IMG/VR virus record: IMGVR_UViG_3300041991_000048
Location: 1-55,603 of that record
DNA length: 55,603 nucleotides
Source: a virus
Taxonomy: Duplodnaviria; Caudoviricetes
Direction: 5' to 3' (one strand)
The notes below the pieces were generated by a model. It searched no databases, was not told where the DNA came from, and saw only the letters and a list, made by a program, of their open reading frames with translations. The translations under genes and the position numbers were made by a program. Position 1 is the stretch's first letter. Each line of letters starts with the position of its first letter. Shown here piece after piece: positions 19,507 to 28,492 of this stretch.

Positions 19507-19859
19507 TTTTCTCTACGCTTCTACTGGACAAGCAGACGTGGGATCTTACCACAGACGCATTCGGCAACATTGCGATGGACAGCACGCGATATGCCATAGC
19601 ACAGGATGTGGCTAGCGCAGTCAAGACCGTTCAAGGCGAATTGTTCTATGATACTTCTGTTGGCATTCCTTACTATGATCAAGTGCTTGGGCAGAATTTC
19701 GTGCCACAGCTAGTCAAGGCCCTCTTTGAGCAAGCAGCACTCACTGTTCCTGGTGTGGTGGAAGCAGAAGCAACAATCTTCCTTAGTGACACGCGAGAGC
19801 TGACTGGAAAGATTGTCGTCATCGATGAGAACGGAATTGAAATCGTAGTTCAACTATAG
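19503..19859 (+). CDS. Baseplate wedge subunit (gp25/gpW-like)
   Basis: LLLD..TWDL..D..GNIA, AQDVASA, GE..YDT..GIPY, VPGV motifs. Confidence 0.8.
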   Translation: MIFSTLLLDKQTWDLTTDAFGNIAMDSTRYAIAQDVASAVKTVQGELFYDTSVGIPYYDQVLGQNFVPQLVKALFEQAALTVPGVVEAEATIFLSDTRELTGKIVVIDENGIEIVVQL

Positions 19860-19869
19860 GAGCACCAAA

Positions 19870-21096
19870 ATGACGACCGCATTCTACACGCCAACATTTG
19901 GCCCCACAGGCTTTGTTGCTCCTGCCACCGAAGACGTTCTTGCTGGCGTCCAGGCAGACATCAATTCTGCGTTTGGTGGCACGCTCAATCAAGCACTGAA
20001 CACTCCTCAAGGACAGCTAGCCACGACTCTTGCTGCAATCATCGACGACAAGAACGCAACATTCCTTTTCTATGCGTCTCAGACTGATCCTCAGTATGCC
20101 ATGGGTCGGATGCAAGATGCGATCGGACAGATCTATTTCATGACTCGCATTCCTGCTCAACCAACCTCTGTTCTTTGTGTCTGCACAGGAATTCCAGGCA
20201 CAGCAATTCCTGTTAATGCTCAGGCACAAGATACCTCTGGCAACATCTACATTTGTGTTGCTGGTGGATCCATTCCTGTGAGCGGGTCTGTCTCTCTTCT
20301 TTTCGTCAACATCAATTCAGGTCCAATTCCTTGTCTTGCTGGCACAGTCACTCAGATCTATACTTCTGTTCCTGGATGGTCTGGCATCACCAACCCAGGC
20401 GGCACTGACACTGACCCTACGACTCTCGGCCGCAGCGTTGAGAACCAGCAGGAGTTTGAATATCGCAGGCAACAGAGTGTTGCTCTCAATTCTGTTGGCA
20501 TGGTGCAGTCCATCTATGCTCTCGTGTCAGCATCTGAGACGCCCAATCCTGTTGATGTGTATGTGACTGAGAATGTCGCGTCGACACCACAGACGATTGG
20601 AGGAGTGCTGCTTGCTGCCAACTCGATCTATGTTGCGGTCGTTGGCGGAAATCCGCAGGCCATTGCCACTGCCATCTGGAAGAAGAAGTCTCCTGGTTGC
20701 AACTACAATGGGTCAACATCACAGGTCGTCTATGATTACAACTACGCACCGCCTGTGCCATACACAGTCTACTATCAGGTGCCAGTGAACCTTGGAATCT
20801 ACTTCACAGTCAACATGGTGAACAACGGGAACCTCCCGGCTGATATTGTGGCACAGACAAAAGCTGCAATAGCATCTGCGTTCACAGGTGGTGATGGTGG
20901 TGATGCCCAGAGAATTGGCGGCACCGTCTATGCGAGTCGCTTCTATCTGCCAGTCATCAAATTGAGTCCATATGTTCAGATTGATTCAATCTATGTTGAC
21001 ACCACTGCTGCTCCTGCTGCAGGAACCAGCGTGACTGTGAACATTGATGAGTTCCCAATCACCCAGGAATCCAACGTGACGGTGAATCTGGTATGA
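19870..21096 (+). CDS. Baseplate J-like wedge protein
   Basis: TPQGQLA, DP.YA.GRMQDAIG.IYF, FE.RR..SVA, SIYVAV.GG, K..PGC motifs. Confidence 0.9.
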   Translation: MTTAFYTPTFGPTGFVAPATEDVLAGVQADINSAFGGTLNQALNTPQGQLATTLAAIIDDKNATFLFYASQTDPQYAMGRMQDAIGQIYFMTRIPAQPTSVLCVCTGIPGTAIPVNAQAQDTSGNIYICVAGGSIPVSGSVSLLFVNINSGPIPCLAGTVTQIYTSVPGWSGITNPGGTDTDPTTLGRSVENQQEFEYRRQQSVALNSVGMVQSIYALVSASETPNPVDVYVTENVASTPQTIGGVLLAANSIYVAVVGGNPQAIATAIWKKKSPGCNYNGSTSQVVYDYNYAPPVPYTVYYQVPVNLGIYFTVNMVNNGNLPADIVAQTKAAIASAFTGGDGGDAQRIGGTVYASRFYLPVIKLSPYVQIDSIYVDTTAAPAAGTSVTVNIDEFPITQESNVTVNLV

Positions 21097-21671
21097 ACAA
21101 CCTAATCGAAACAGTCGCAAGTCAGTATGCCAATAGTCCGATCCTGCTCAAACTGATCGAGAACATGAATGATTACATCGATCCAGTTGCAGATCTGGAT
21201 CTCTTCTTCAGCTCTATCTGGAATGTCCAGACTGCGACAGGCTATGGCCTTGATGTCTGGGGTCGCATCGTCGGAGTGAATCGTGTCGTCAAGATTTCTG
21301 AGAGCCTGCTCTACTTTGGGTTCGCAGAAGCTGATGACATTCCTCTCACCGACCCTCAGCCATTCAATCAAGCGCCATTCTTCACAGGGTTTGCCACTGG
21401 CGACAACTACAGCCTTTCGGACTCTGCCTATCGCAAGCTGATTCTCGTGAAGGCTCTGGCCAACATCACCGACTGCTCTGTTCCTGCCATCAATCAAATC
21501 CTGCGCAATCTGTTCGGTGAGCTTGGTGATGCCTACTGCACCGACACAGGAAACATGACGATGACATACACCTTCAACTTCAGCATCAGTCCTGTTGACT
21601 ATGCAATCATCACTCAGTCAGGTGCCATGCCAAAACCAACTGGCGTTTACGCAACCGTAGTTGAACTCTAG
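21093..21671 (+). CDS. Baseplate wedge protein (DUF2612 family)
   Basis: SQYANSP, TA.GYGLD.WGRIVGV.R, L.D..YR.LI..KA.ANI, P.P.GV motifs. Confidence 0.85.
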   Translation: MNNLIETVASQYANSPILLKLIENMNDYIDPVADLDLFFSSIWNVQTATGYGLDVWGRIVGVNRVVKISESLLYFGFAEADDIPLTDPQPFNQAPFFTGFATGDNYSLSDSAYRKLILVKALANITDCSVPAINQILRNLFGELGDAYCTDTGNMTMTYTFNFSISPVDYAIITQSGAMPKPTGVYATVVEL

Positions 21672-21680
21672 GAGCCAATC

Positions 21681-22658
21681 ATGGCACTTACATATCCACC
21701 TCGCCTCTATGTTCCTTTTGCCAGCTCAGGAGCAAAGAACACGATCCCAACCGCTCCGGCTGCGCCACTGGCATCACTGACAGAAGGATTTCCTCCGGTC
21801 ACGATGCAGCCAATCAGTGCTGGTGGCGTCCCGCCAGCCGGGATGGATTTCAATGGGATCCTGTATTGGATCACTCAGTTCCAGGCTTGGGTGAATGCTG
21901 GTGGTCGTTTCAAATTTGATGGAGCGCTCGCCACCGCAATTGGCGGCTATCCTGTTGGCTCAGTCATTCTGCTGAATGATGACGTGTCTGAGGTGATTTG
22001 TTATCTTCCTGGCGTCACCAACGATCCGAACAGCAACATGAGTGGGTGGGCTCCTTATGCTGGAACTGTTGCAGGCAACGGAACCTACTGTGCTGATCTT
22101 GGCAGCGTGAATGCTGTTGCAGTGAATCCATTGCCGCCTCCTGCGTCCATGAAAGATGGATACAAGGTGACGTTCAAGTGTGGCTTCACCAACACAGGTG
22201 CAGCAGGAGTGCTCATTAGCTTCGGATCATTAGTTGGCTCGTGGTCTCTTCGTCGCAATGATGGTGCTCTGCTCGTCCCTGGCGACCTTGTAGCAGGAAC
22301 GATCTATCAGGCAATCTATGATGCCGCCTCAACAAGATTCCGCGTCATTGATGCGGTGACGAGTCAGGTGAGTGGGGCGCTGTTCACGATTCAGAACAAT
22401 GTTACTGCATCAAGGACCAAGGGCACTACCTACACTAACAATACGGGCAAGCCAATGTTTGTTAGTGTGTATTGCACTGCGACAGGACCTGGAGCAAACA
22501 TGCTGGGTTTTGTCAATGGCATCGCAACTGCTGGATTTGGTCAAACGTCAGCTGGCGGCCCTGTGTTTGTGACGATGATGGTTCCTCCCGGTGCGACATA
22601 CAAGGTTGTGGATTCTGTCTATCCTTGCGCAACGAATGCCTGGGTCGAAACCTACTAA
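21681..22658 (+). CDS. Tail fibre protein
   Basis: N-terminal KNTIP...GFPP.TM.P..AGG.PP.G.DFNGIL...IGGYP.G baseplate-attachment domain; C-terminal R..GTTYTN.TGKP..VSV...VP.GATY tip domain. Confidence 0.85.
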   Translation: MALTYPPRLYVPFASSGAKNTIPTAPAAPLASLTEGFPPVTMQPISAGGVPPAGMDFNGILYWITQFQAWVNAGGRFKFDGALATAIGGYPVGSVILLNDDVSEVICYLPGVTNDPNSNMSGWAPYAGTVAGNGTYCADLGSVNAVAVNPLPPPASMKDGYKVTFKCGFTNTGAAGVLISFGSLVGSWSLRRNDGALLVPGDLVAGTIYQAIYDAASTRFRVIDAVTSQVSGALFTIQNNVTASRTKGTTYTNNTGKPMFVSVYCTATGPGANMLGFVNGIATAGFGQTSAGGPVFVTMMVPPGATYKVVDSVYPCATNAWVETY

Positions 22659-22667
22659 GAGGATGCC

Positions 22668-23030
22668 ATGAATCTTTTCAAACGAGTCTACCTAGACGAG
22701 CACGGAGAAGAGCAACCAGATCTTCGCGACAAGAGTCTCGACTCTGTTGAGATGGCATTCAAGATCATTGGTGGCATATTCACTGTGTGCTTTCCTTTGG
22801 CTGTTGGCTTGCTGTGGAACATGACGCGTGACATGCATACCATTTCTGAAAAGATGGTGCAGGTGTCCACGACCCAGCTGCAACAGGTCGGAACGATGGA
22901 TGCTCTTCAGCGCTCTTATGCAGAGCTAGTCAAGTCAAACACTGAGCTCATAGCTCGCATGGCAGTTCTTGAAACTAAACAAGCAGCCCACGAAGCTGAG
23001 TATCGCTCGCTTCAAAACATGAGGAGGTAG
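22668..23030 (+). CDS. Single-TM coiled-coil membrane protein (lysis cassette)
   Basis: One hydrophobic helix followed by a heptad-rich C-terminus; directly before the endolysin. Confidence 0.5.
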   Translation: MNLFKRVYLDEHGEEQPDLRDKSLDSVEMAFKIIGGIFTVCFPLAVGLLWNMTRDMHTISEKMVQVSTTQLQQVGTMDALQRSYAELVKSNTELIARMAVLETKQAAHEAEYRSLQNMRR

Positions 23031-23031
23031 C

Positions 23032-23535
23032 ATGCCAATCATCTTTGATGGCAAGAATTTCAAAACTGCGATGGGCAAGCCACTGACGCAGGCAGAGGCC
23101 ATTGCCTGGAGCGACACTGCTCGTGCGAAGAAGATTCCTAACCAGCCTGACTGGATCGCACTGAAGGATCACTTCACCAAGACACTCCAGCTCATGGAGC
23201 GAGCTTATGCAATCCTTGACTGTGAAGGATACATCACCAGTTTCTTCAGGTGCAAGGATCTCAATCTTGCAATCGGCGGCAAGATCAATCCTCCTTCAGC
23301 TCACATGGATGGTCGAGCATTCGACAGTGTGCCTATCGGCAAGAACATTCGCGAGTGTTTCAATCTCCTCAAGCAGCACGAGCTTGAATTGCAGTATGAT
23401 CAGCTCATCATTGAGCACGACGCTCAAGGACACGCCTGGCTTCACATGGCAGTGTCCAAGATGATGAAGGCTCCTCGTCTCCAAGCACTTGACATCGAGA
23501 AGATTCCTGATGTCCCACGCACCCAGCAAGGATAG
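23032..23535 (+). CDS. Endolysin, Zn-peptidase M15 family
   Basis: ITS.FRC..LN.AIGG, S.H..G.A.D, DQLI.E, W.H motifs. Confidence 0.85.
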   Translation: MPIIFDGKNFKTAMGKPLTQAEAIAWSDTARAKKIPNQPDWIALKDHFTKTLQLMERAYAILDCEGYITSFFRCKDLNLAIGGKINPPSAHMDGRAFDSVPIGKNIRECFNLLKQHELELQYDQLIIEHDAQGHAWLHMAVSKMMKAPRLQALDIEKIPDVPRTQQG

Positions 23536-23542
23536 GTGATCT

Positions 23543-23836
23543 ATGGCAGAGAAGAAAGACAGCATCTTTGGCAGCCTCATCAATGCCAAGAATGCAGAAC
23601 GAGACATCAAGCTACTTGCCTTTGGCGCCACCATTGCGGCCGCAATCATCTGGTTGTCATATGACTTGTGGCGCAGCAAGCTGATGACTGCCATCTGGGT
23701 AGAGGCACTCATGTGGCTGCTCGCTGCCGTCAGCCTTGGTGGTGCTGGCTGGGCTGCAGTAGAAGGATGGCGCAACAGAACAAAGACGCCTCCCACTCCA
23801 CCACCCACCACTCCGACAGAAGGAGGCACGCTGTGA
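23543..23836 (+). CDS. Putative holin (2 TM helices)
   Basis: Two hydrophobic helices and charged termini, next to the endolysin. Confidence 0.6.
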   Translation: MAEKKDSIFGSLINAKNAERDIKLLAFGATIAAAIIWLSYDLWRSKLMTAIWVEALMWLLAAVSLGGAGWAAVEGWRNRTKTPPTPPPTTPTEGGTL

Positions 23837-24462
23837 GATTCCAATTCCTCTTTGACGCATGGACCAAGGTCAAGTCCACATGGATGATGCTCACCATCGG
23901 CATCATCATAGGCATGTTCATCATGGGCTACCTTCGCCGCCCAGAGCCCATTCCGGCTCCCGAGCCGGATTCTGCGCAGGCTGGACAAGTGCTTCCTGGC
24001 GGACAGCAGCTAGTTGAGGTCAAGCCTCCTGTTGCTTTCCTTCCCACGCTTCCTGGACTCAAGCCTGGAGTGGAAACAGTGAGGCACGTTGAGCTGACTG
24101 TGCGTCCTGATCCTGTTCTTCCTTCTCAGGATGATCTGCCGATTCAGCCGCCTGATGTCAAGGTGCTTCTGGATCTTGTTCGCCTTCCTGATGGGCATCT
24201 ACGCGTCGTTGCCTACGCAGAAGGAGGAAGAGTGATTGAGAGCATCGACATTCCTGTCGCCAGCCAGCCCATCACGGCGCCAACGATCAAGATGAAGACA
24301 CGAGAGTATCACTGGGCAGCGCTGGCAGAGAGAATCATTCCTCTCAATTCAGGACTGGCGCCAGCATGGGGCGCACAGGTGCTCTACTCTCATGGACCAT
24401 TCATTGGTGGGATCGCTGCCAATCGCTATGAAGGTCGCATCGCTGCAGGCATCCGATGGTAG
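23833..24462 (+). CDS. Spanin-like protein: N-terminal TM, Pro-rich linker, C-terminal amphipathic beta strands
   Basis: GTG start after AGGAGG; ends GRIAAGIRW; last large gene of the lysis cassette. Confidence 0.5.
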   Translation: MRFQFLFDAWTKVKSTWMMLTIGIIIGMFIMGYLRRPEPIPAPEPDSAQAGQVLPGGQQLVEVKPPVAFLPTLPGLKPGVETVRHVELTVRPDPVLPSQDDLPIQPPDVKVLLDLVRLPDGHLRVVAYAEGGRVIESIDIPVASQPITAPTIKMKTREYHWAALAERIIPLNSGLAPAWGAQVLYSHGPFIGGIAANRYEGRIAAGIRW

Positions 24463-24471
24463 GAGGTCAAT

Positions 24472-24579
24472 ATGAATCCGTTGCTATTGGACCTGATTAT
24501 GTTCGCTCTTGGAGCATTGTCAGGCGCAACAACCACGATTCTGATAACGCATCATGTGAGAAGAGCACGCAAACGATAG
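24472..24579 (+). CDS. 35-aa membrane peptide (not in ORF track)
   Basis: AGGAGG RBS; MNPLLLDLIMFALGALSGATTTILITHHVRRARKR. Confidence 0.55.
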   Translation: MNPLLLDLIMFALGALSGATTTILITHHVRRARKR

Positions 24580-24593
24580 ACTGATCTCCAGGC

Positions 24594-24638
24594 AAAAAAG
24601 TAGCCCCACCAGTCCCATGTCAGGGTGGTGGGGCTACT
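24594..24638 (-). terminator. Intrinsic terminator at the convergence of the two arms
   Basis: 13-bp stem AGTAGCCCCACCA/TGGTGGGGCTACT with a T6 tract on the - strand. Confidence 0.8.
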
Positions 24639-24642
24639 CACA

Positions 24643-24774
24643 TCATCGCTTTGGCTGTTGCGCATCCTTCTTCCACTGCTTGCGCAGCTTGTTCACTCTT
24701 ACCATGAACACTGCGCCTGCTGCTCTGATAATTCTCGGAGCAGCATACAAGATCACGTCTTGTGTGTTAGGCAT
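24643..24774 (-). CDS. 43-aa hypothetical protein (not in ORF track)
   Basis: AAGGAGG RBS; MPNTQDVILYAAPRIIRAAGAVFMVRVNKLRKQWKKDAQQPKR. Confidence 0.5.
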   Translation of the reverse strand: MPNTQDVILYAAPRIIRAAGAVFMVRVNKLRKQWKKDAQQPKR

Positions 24775-25259
24775 TTGGCCTCCTTTTTATCCTGTTGTGC
24801 AATCCTGCTCGTGGTTAGGATTGCCTCTGTGAGAGCGTCCCATCCGTTGTAAAAGTTTCCAGCACCAGGCACTAGCTTCGTTAGATTTATCGTTCTCACT
24901 CCTGTTGAGGGTCTTGCCAGCAATCCCTTCAGATCCTTCTCTGCTACAAAGGAGTGCTTGCCAGGAATCAGAATTGCTTCGTTGCTCTTCTTGATGTGAA
25001 TGAGTGTCATTGCACATCCACCAAGAGCAGTGTGCGTCTCAAGCCACAGCGCCTGCCTAGGTCGATACTTCACCTTGCTGGGAATTGTTTCTTCCTCCTT
25101 GATTTCAATCCAGCCAGACAGCAAGGTGAATTCGTGAAGGAACGCATCGTCGGGCAGGCCTGGAATCGTCGCATGACTTTCAATGCGATCGATTTTGAAT
25201 CCACGCAGGCCCATCTCTGTCCTGAACTTTCTGTTGAATGATGACTCTCTTACGCTCAT
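24753..25259 (-). CDS. PD-(D/E)XK nuclease, VRR-NUC / resolvase-like
   Basis: RIE, G.PD, WIE.K and R..Q..W motifs. Confidence 0.75.
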   Translation of the reverse strand: MSVRESSFNRKFRTEMGLRGFKIDRIESHATIPGLPDDAFLHEFTLLSGWIEIKEEETIPSKVKYRPRQALWLETHTALGGCAMTLIHIKKSNEAILIPGKHSFVAEKDLKGLLARPSTGVRTINLTKLVPGAGNFYNGWDALTEAILTTSRIAQQDKKEAKCLTHKT

Positions 25260-27067
25260 GCCCACTCCAGGAATGCAGACTTTGGATCGCGATTGATTTC
25301 GTCTGCTAGTGATTTCTTGTCTCGCATCGATGTGACGATGCGCTTGTCAATGCCTGTCGTATACAGATCTGTGTAGAGCACCTTGTCGTGAATTTCAGAT
25401 CCGATGCGATGGCACCGATCTTCACTCTGGAGCCTGATCATCAGATCAAAGTTGTTGGTGTAGTAGAACGCATTGCTTGCTGCGGTGAGAGTCAAGCCTC
25501 TGGCAGCAGCTTTCGAGGCCAGGAACCATCTCACCCTGTCGTCTGTCTGGAAATACTTCTTGGCCTTCTCTCGATCTGTGGCATTTATGCCGCCGTGATA
25601 CTCCACGAAATCGCCTAGCTTACCCAGGTGCTTGGATATAAGTGCTATATCAGCCTTGCTTCCAGGGGCATTTACCCAGATAATTGCCTTGCCGTCAACG
25701 TTCTCCAGCAGGGTCAGGAGGGCCTCTAGGCGCGGATTACCTCCGATTAGGGGCGAGGGCGTCTCTCCCGCAGAGAAAGGGGCCCAGCCGCAGCTGATCT
25801 GTTGCAGGCGCAATAGTCGTGTCAGGGCAATTTCGTTTGCCAGGCGCAATCCGTCTGGTTTTCCGAACACTTCTTGGAGGTCTTCTAGGGCAGATTTGCG
25901 CACAGTTTCATACGCAATTTTCTGCTGAGGTGTCATTTCAAAGAAGTGGCGCTTGTAGATTTTGTCAGGAAGGTCAAGGCAGTCTTTCTTCAGCACACGA
26001 TGTGAGTAGCCTGCGATCGTCTCAGCCAGCTCTTGAATGTGCTTGTATCCAACGACAGAGTGTTTCTCGAATCCGCCCATGATGCAGTATTGAGCCTTGA
26101 ATGAAGTGTAGGTGTCATAGCCAAGGATCAATGGGTTGAGGAATTTGAACTGGGCATAGAGGTTGACTGCACCATTGGTGATTGGCGTCCCATTCAGCAC
26201 ACGACGATATTTTGCATGGACTCCAACATCAATCAGAAACTCAGTGCGTTTGGCATTTGGATTCTGGATCGTGTTGGATTCATCCACCACCATCATGCAA
26301 CGATGGTTCATGAGGAATTCAGTGATGGTGTCCTTGGCCTTGTCGCTGCTAAATGACTCCACTCCAAATGCGACGATGGTGCAGGGTCGTCGCCTGCGCA
26401 GCACATAAGGCTTGGACTCGTTCTCGATGATCTTGCGATCATGCTTGTTCATGCCTGAGTAGTATGTCAGCAGCTTGGCAGGAATTCGCTCAGGCAGGTG
26501 AATGGGCACCTCTTCACAGGTCCAGTTGGTGTGGACTCCATTCGGAGCAATCACCACTAGCACATCAACAAGATCGCGCTCCCAAAGGTAAGCGAAGTTG
26601 TCGATGGCCACCTTTGTCTTGCCACACCCTTGTTCATACAGGATGGCGAACTCAGCCAAATCCCGGCTGAGAACGAATCCCTGTAGCTGGTGCTTGCGCG
26701 GCACAGTGCGGAATTCGTAGCCGGAGTCGTCTACTAGGTCCTCAGCCTTCATCTGGAGGGTGGTCTGGTGCTGTATGCGGGTGAGGACGTATTCATCAAC
26801 ATAACGCTGAGCACCTTCTTGCCACAGTGCGGTGGGGAAGTGCTCCATGATGAAAGCTATGTTGGCACCTGTAGGCCTGAAGACAAGCCTGCGCTCTACC
26901 CACCTGTTGTGGCCTGGCATTGCCGAGAGCAGAGGGAAGCAACGCGTGCTGTCGCATGATATCACTAGGCTGTCATTGACGGGTCGGTATTCTCCTGGCT
27001 CTGGTTTGTATTCTGTTATGATGAAAGGCTTGCGCATTTCTGATGCGTCCACCTGCTTCCTCCTCAA
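25256..27067 (-). CDS. SNF2-family (SF2) helicase
   Basis: EQGCGKT Walker A, VVDES, LNGTP, GLTLT, QSEDR.HRIG motifs; true start may be ATG 27036. Confidence 0.9.
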   Translation of the reverse strand: MRRKQVDASEMRKPFIITEYKPEPGEYRPVNDSLVISCDSTRCFPLLSAMPGHNRWVERRLVFRPTGANIAFIMEHFPTALWQEGAQRYVDEYVLTRIQHQTTLQMKAEDLVDDSGYEFRTVPRKHQLQGFVLSRDLAEFAILYEQGCGKTKVAIDNFAYLWERDLVDVLVVIAPNGVHTNWTCEEVPIHLPERIPAKLLTYYSGMNKHDRKIIENESKPYVLRRRRPCTIVAFGVESFSSDKAKDTITEFLMNHRCMMVVDESNTIQNPNAKRTEFLIDVGVHAKYRRVLNGTPITNGAVNLYAQFKFLNPLILGYDTYTSFKAQYCIMGGFEKHSVVGYKHIQELAETIAGYSHRVLKKDCLDLPDKIYKRHFFEMTPQQKIAYETVRKSALEDLQEVFGKPDGLRLANEIALTRLLRLQQISCGWAPFSAGETPSPLIGGNPRLEALLTLLENVDGKAIIWVNAPGSKADIALISKHLGKLGDFVEYHGGINATDREKAKKYFQTDDRVRWFLASKAAARGLTLTAASNAFYYTNNFDLMIRLQSEDRCHRIGSEIHDKVLYTDLYTTGIDKRIVTSMRDKKSLADEINRDPKSAFLEWA

Positions 27068-27099
27068 GAAAATGGGCCCAGGCTTTTGCCCAGGCCCAT
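27066..27099 (-). terminator. Intrinsic terminator closing the early operon
   Basis: ATGGGCC/GGCCCAT stem followed by TTTCTT on the - strand. Confidence 0.65.
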
Positions 27100-27111
27100 G
27101 GTGAACGATTC

Positions 27112-28134
27112 CTACTTTAACTCAATGAATCCATGATCCAGGTCCCACTGAACATCACCAGCACGACCGCCAGCAGCAATGTATTCCTCATAGGACATGC
27201 CGTCCTTGATGAGATTGAAGCTGGTCCAGCCAATGCTGCCTTCGCGTCGAGGATTTTCCTTGACCAGCTTGTAGATCTTCTTGCCTGCTTTGTCGCTGCG
27301 AGGCCCAGGCGCTGCCCCAGGCATGCGTTCCTTTCTTGCCTTGGGCTCCTTGGGGTCCTTCTCTCGCTGAATGACAGGCTCTGCTTCCAACATGGGGACT
27401 TCCCACCCTGCCTCAGTCAGTGCGATGTAGTAGAATGGATCAGCAGCATCTGTGGTGTCATCTTCCACCGTGATGTATTTCTTACCAGCAAGGTAGTCAA
27501 GGAGAGGAATGGTCGCCTTGATGCTGGTGACCATCTTGCGCGCAACCTCTGTGCTGGTCGTGACTTCATCTTCCTTCTTCTTGCGCTGCTCCATCGCGAT
27601 GGTTCGAATCCACCACAGCGCATTGAGGGCATTGATTGGCTCGTTTGAATTGACCCGAACCTTCCTGCTGCCACGCTCAGCAGGAGTGCCAGCCTCAGCA
27701 AGCTCCTTGCTTTTCATTTCTGCCTGCGAGTCAGTCAGCAGCTTGGCGGCTGCAGCGAAGTCAGGGTCGATGGTAGCAGGCTCTGCCGTTTCGCGAATGA
27801 TGAGCTTCTTGGCCTTGTCAGCCTTCTTGGTTTTGTCTTCCACATCAGCCTGCTTCTCTTTCTTCTTGGCCTTCTCCTCCTCCTTTTGTTTGGCTGCAGC
27901 TGCCTTCTCATTCTCATCAGCCAGTTCCAGCTCATACTTTTTGACCATCTCAGGACGAACCTTCGCAGCCTTCATTGCCTTGATGAACTTGGCAGTGTCG
28001 ACAATGGCCAAGCCATGGAGACGATTTTCTGCCGTCTTGCGATCCTTGAACTTGGCAACCTGAGTCTTGCTCATGTGGTTGTAGGTGTTGACGATTTCAG
28101 TCGTGGTCAGGTCGAGAATGATGCCAGTGGACAT
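27112..28134 (-). CDS. Lys/Glu-rich protein with C-terminal NPRREG domain (paralogue 1)
   Basis: C-terminal KKIYKLVKENPRREGS.G..SF.LI..GM.YE.YI..GGR.GD..WD..HG. Confidence 0.75.
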   Translation of the reverse strand: MSTGIILDLTTTEIVNTYNHMSKTQVAKFKDRKTAENRLHGLAIVDTAKFIKAMKAAKVRPEMVKKYELELADENEKAAAAKQKEEEKAKKKEKQADVEDKTKKADKAKKLIIRETAEPATIDPDFAAAAKLLTDSQAEMKSKELAEAGTPAERGSRKVRVNSNEPINALNALWWIRTIAMEQRKKKEDEVTTSTEVARKMVTSIKATIPLLDYLAGKKYITVEDDTTDAADPFYYIALTEAGWEVPMLEAEPVIQREKDPKEPKARKERMPGAAPGPRSDKAGKKIYKLVKENPRREGSIGWTSFNLIKDGMSYEEYIAAGGRAGDVQWDLDHGFIELK

Positions 28135-28185
28135 TGCTACCTCGTAAGAGTGGTTGTTGTGAAAGAGTGATTGGTGGTTGAGAGT

Positions 28186-28431
28186 CTACTTCTTGGTGGT
28201 AAGGTGAAGGTGGCCTTTGGCCATGTCCCAGCGCAAGTCACTAGTGCGGCCGCCAAGCTCAACAAACTTAGCGACGGTCATGCCAGACTTGATGAGCGAC
28301 CAGGACGCATGCCCCAGTGTGCCTTCCTTGCGCGGATTGTTCTTGACGTCCTTGACGATGATCATGTCAGGGCTCGTGACGGTGCCACGAGTGTTGCGTG
28401 CTTCCTGCTTGCTGCTCTTCTTGGTTGCCAT
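28186..28431 (-). CDS. Stand-alone NPR(K)EG domain protein (paralogue 2)
   Basis: AAGGAG RBS; NNPRKEGT.G..SW.LI..GM......GGR..DL.WD..KG. Confidence 0.75.
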   Translation of the reverse strand: MATKKSSKQEARNTRGTVTSPDMIIVKDVKNNPRKEGTLGHASWSLIKSGMTVAKFVELGGRTSDLRWDMAKGHLHLTTKK

Positions 28432-28492
28432 TGTAGGCTCCTTTTCTTTTTGTTCAGAGATCTGCTTCACGCACGATGCGATCAGTCAGAGA

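Noticed and set aside
21681-22658. Diversity-generating retroelement or invertible cassette acting on fibre genes
   Set aside because: No reverse transcriptase, invertase or template/variable repeat pair seen in the window.
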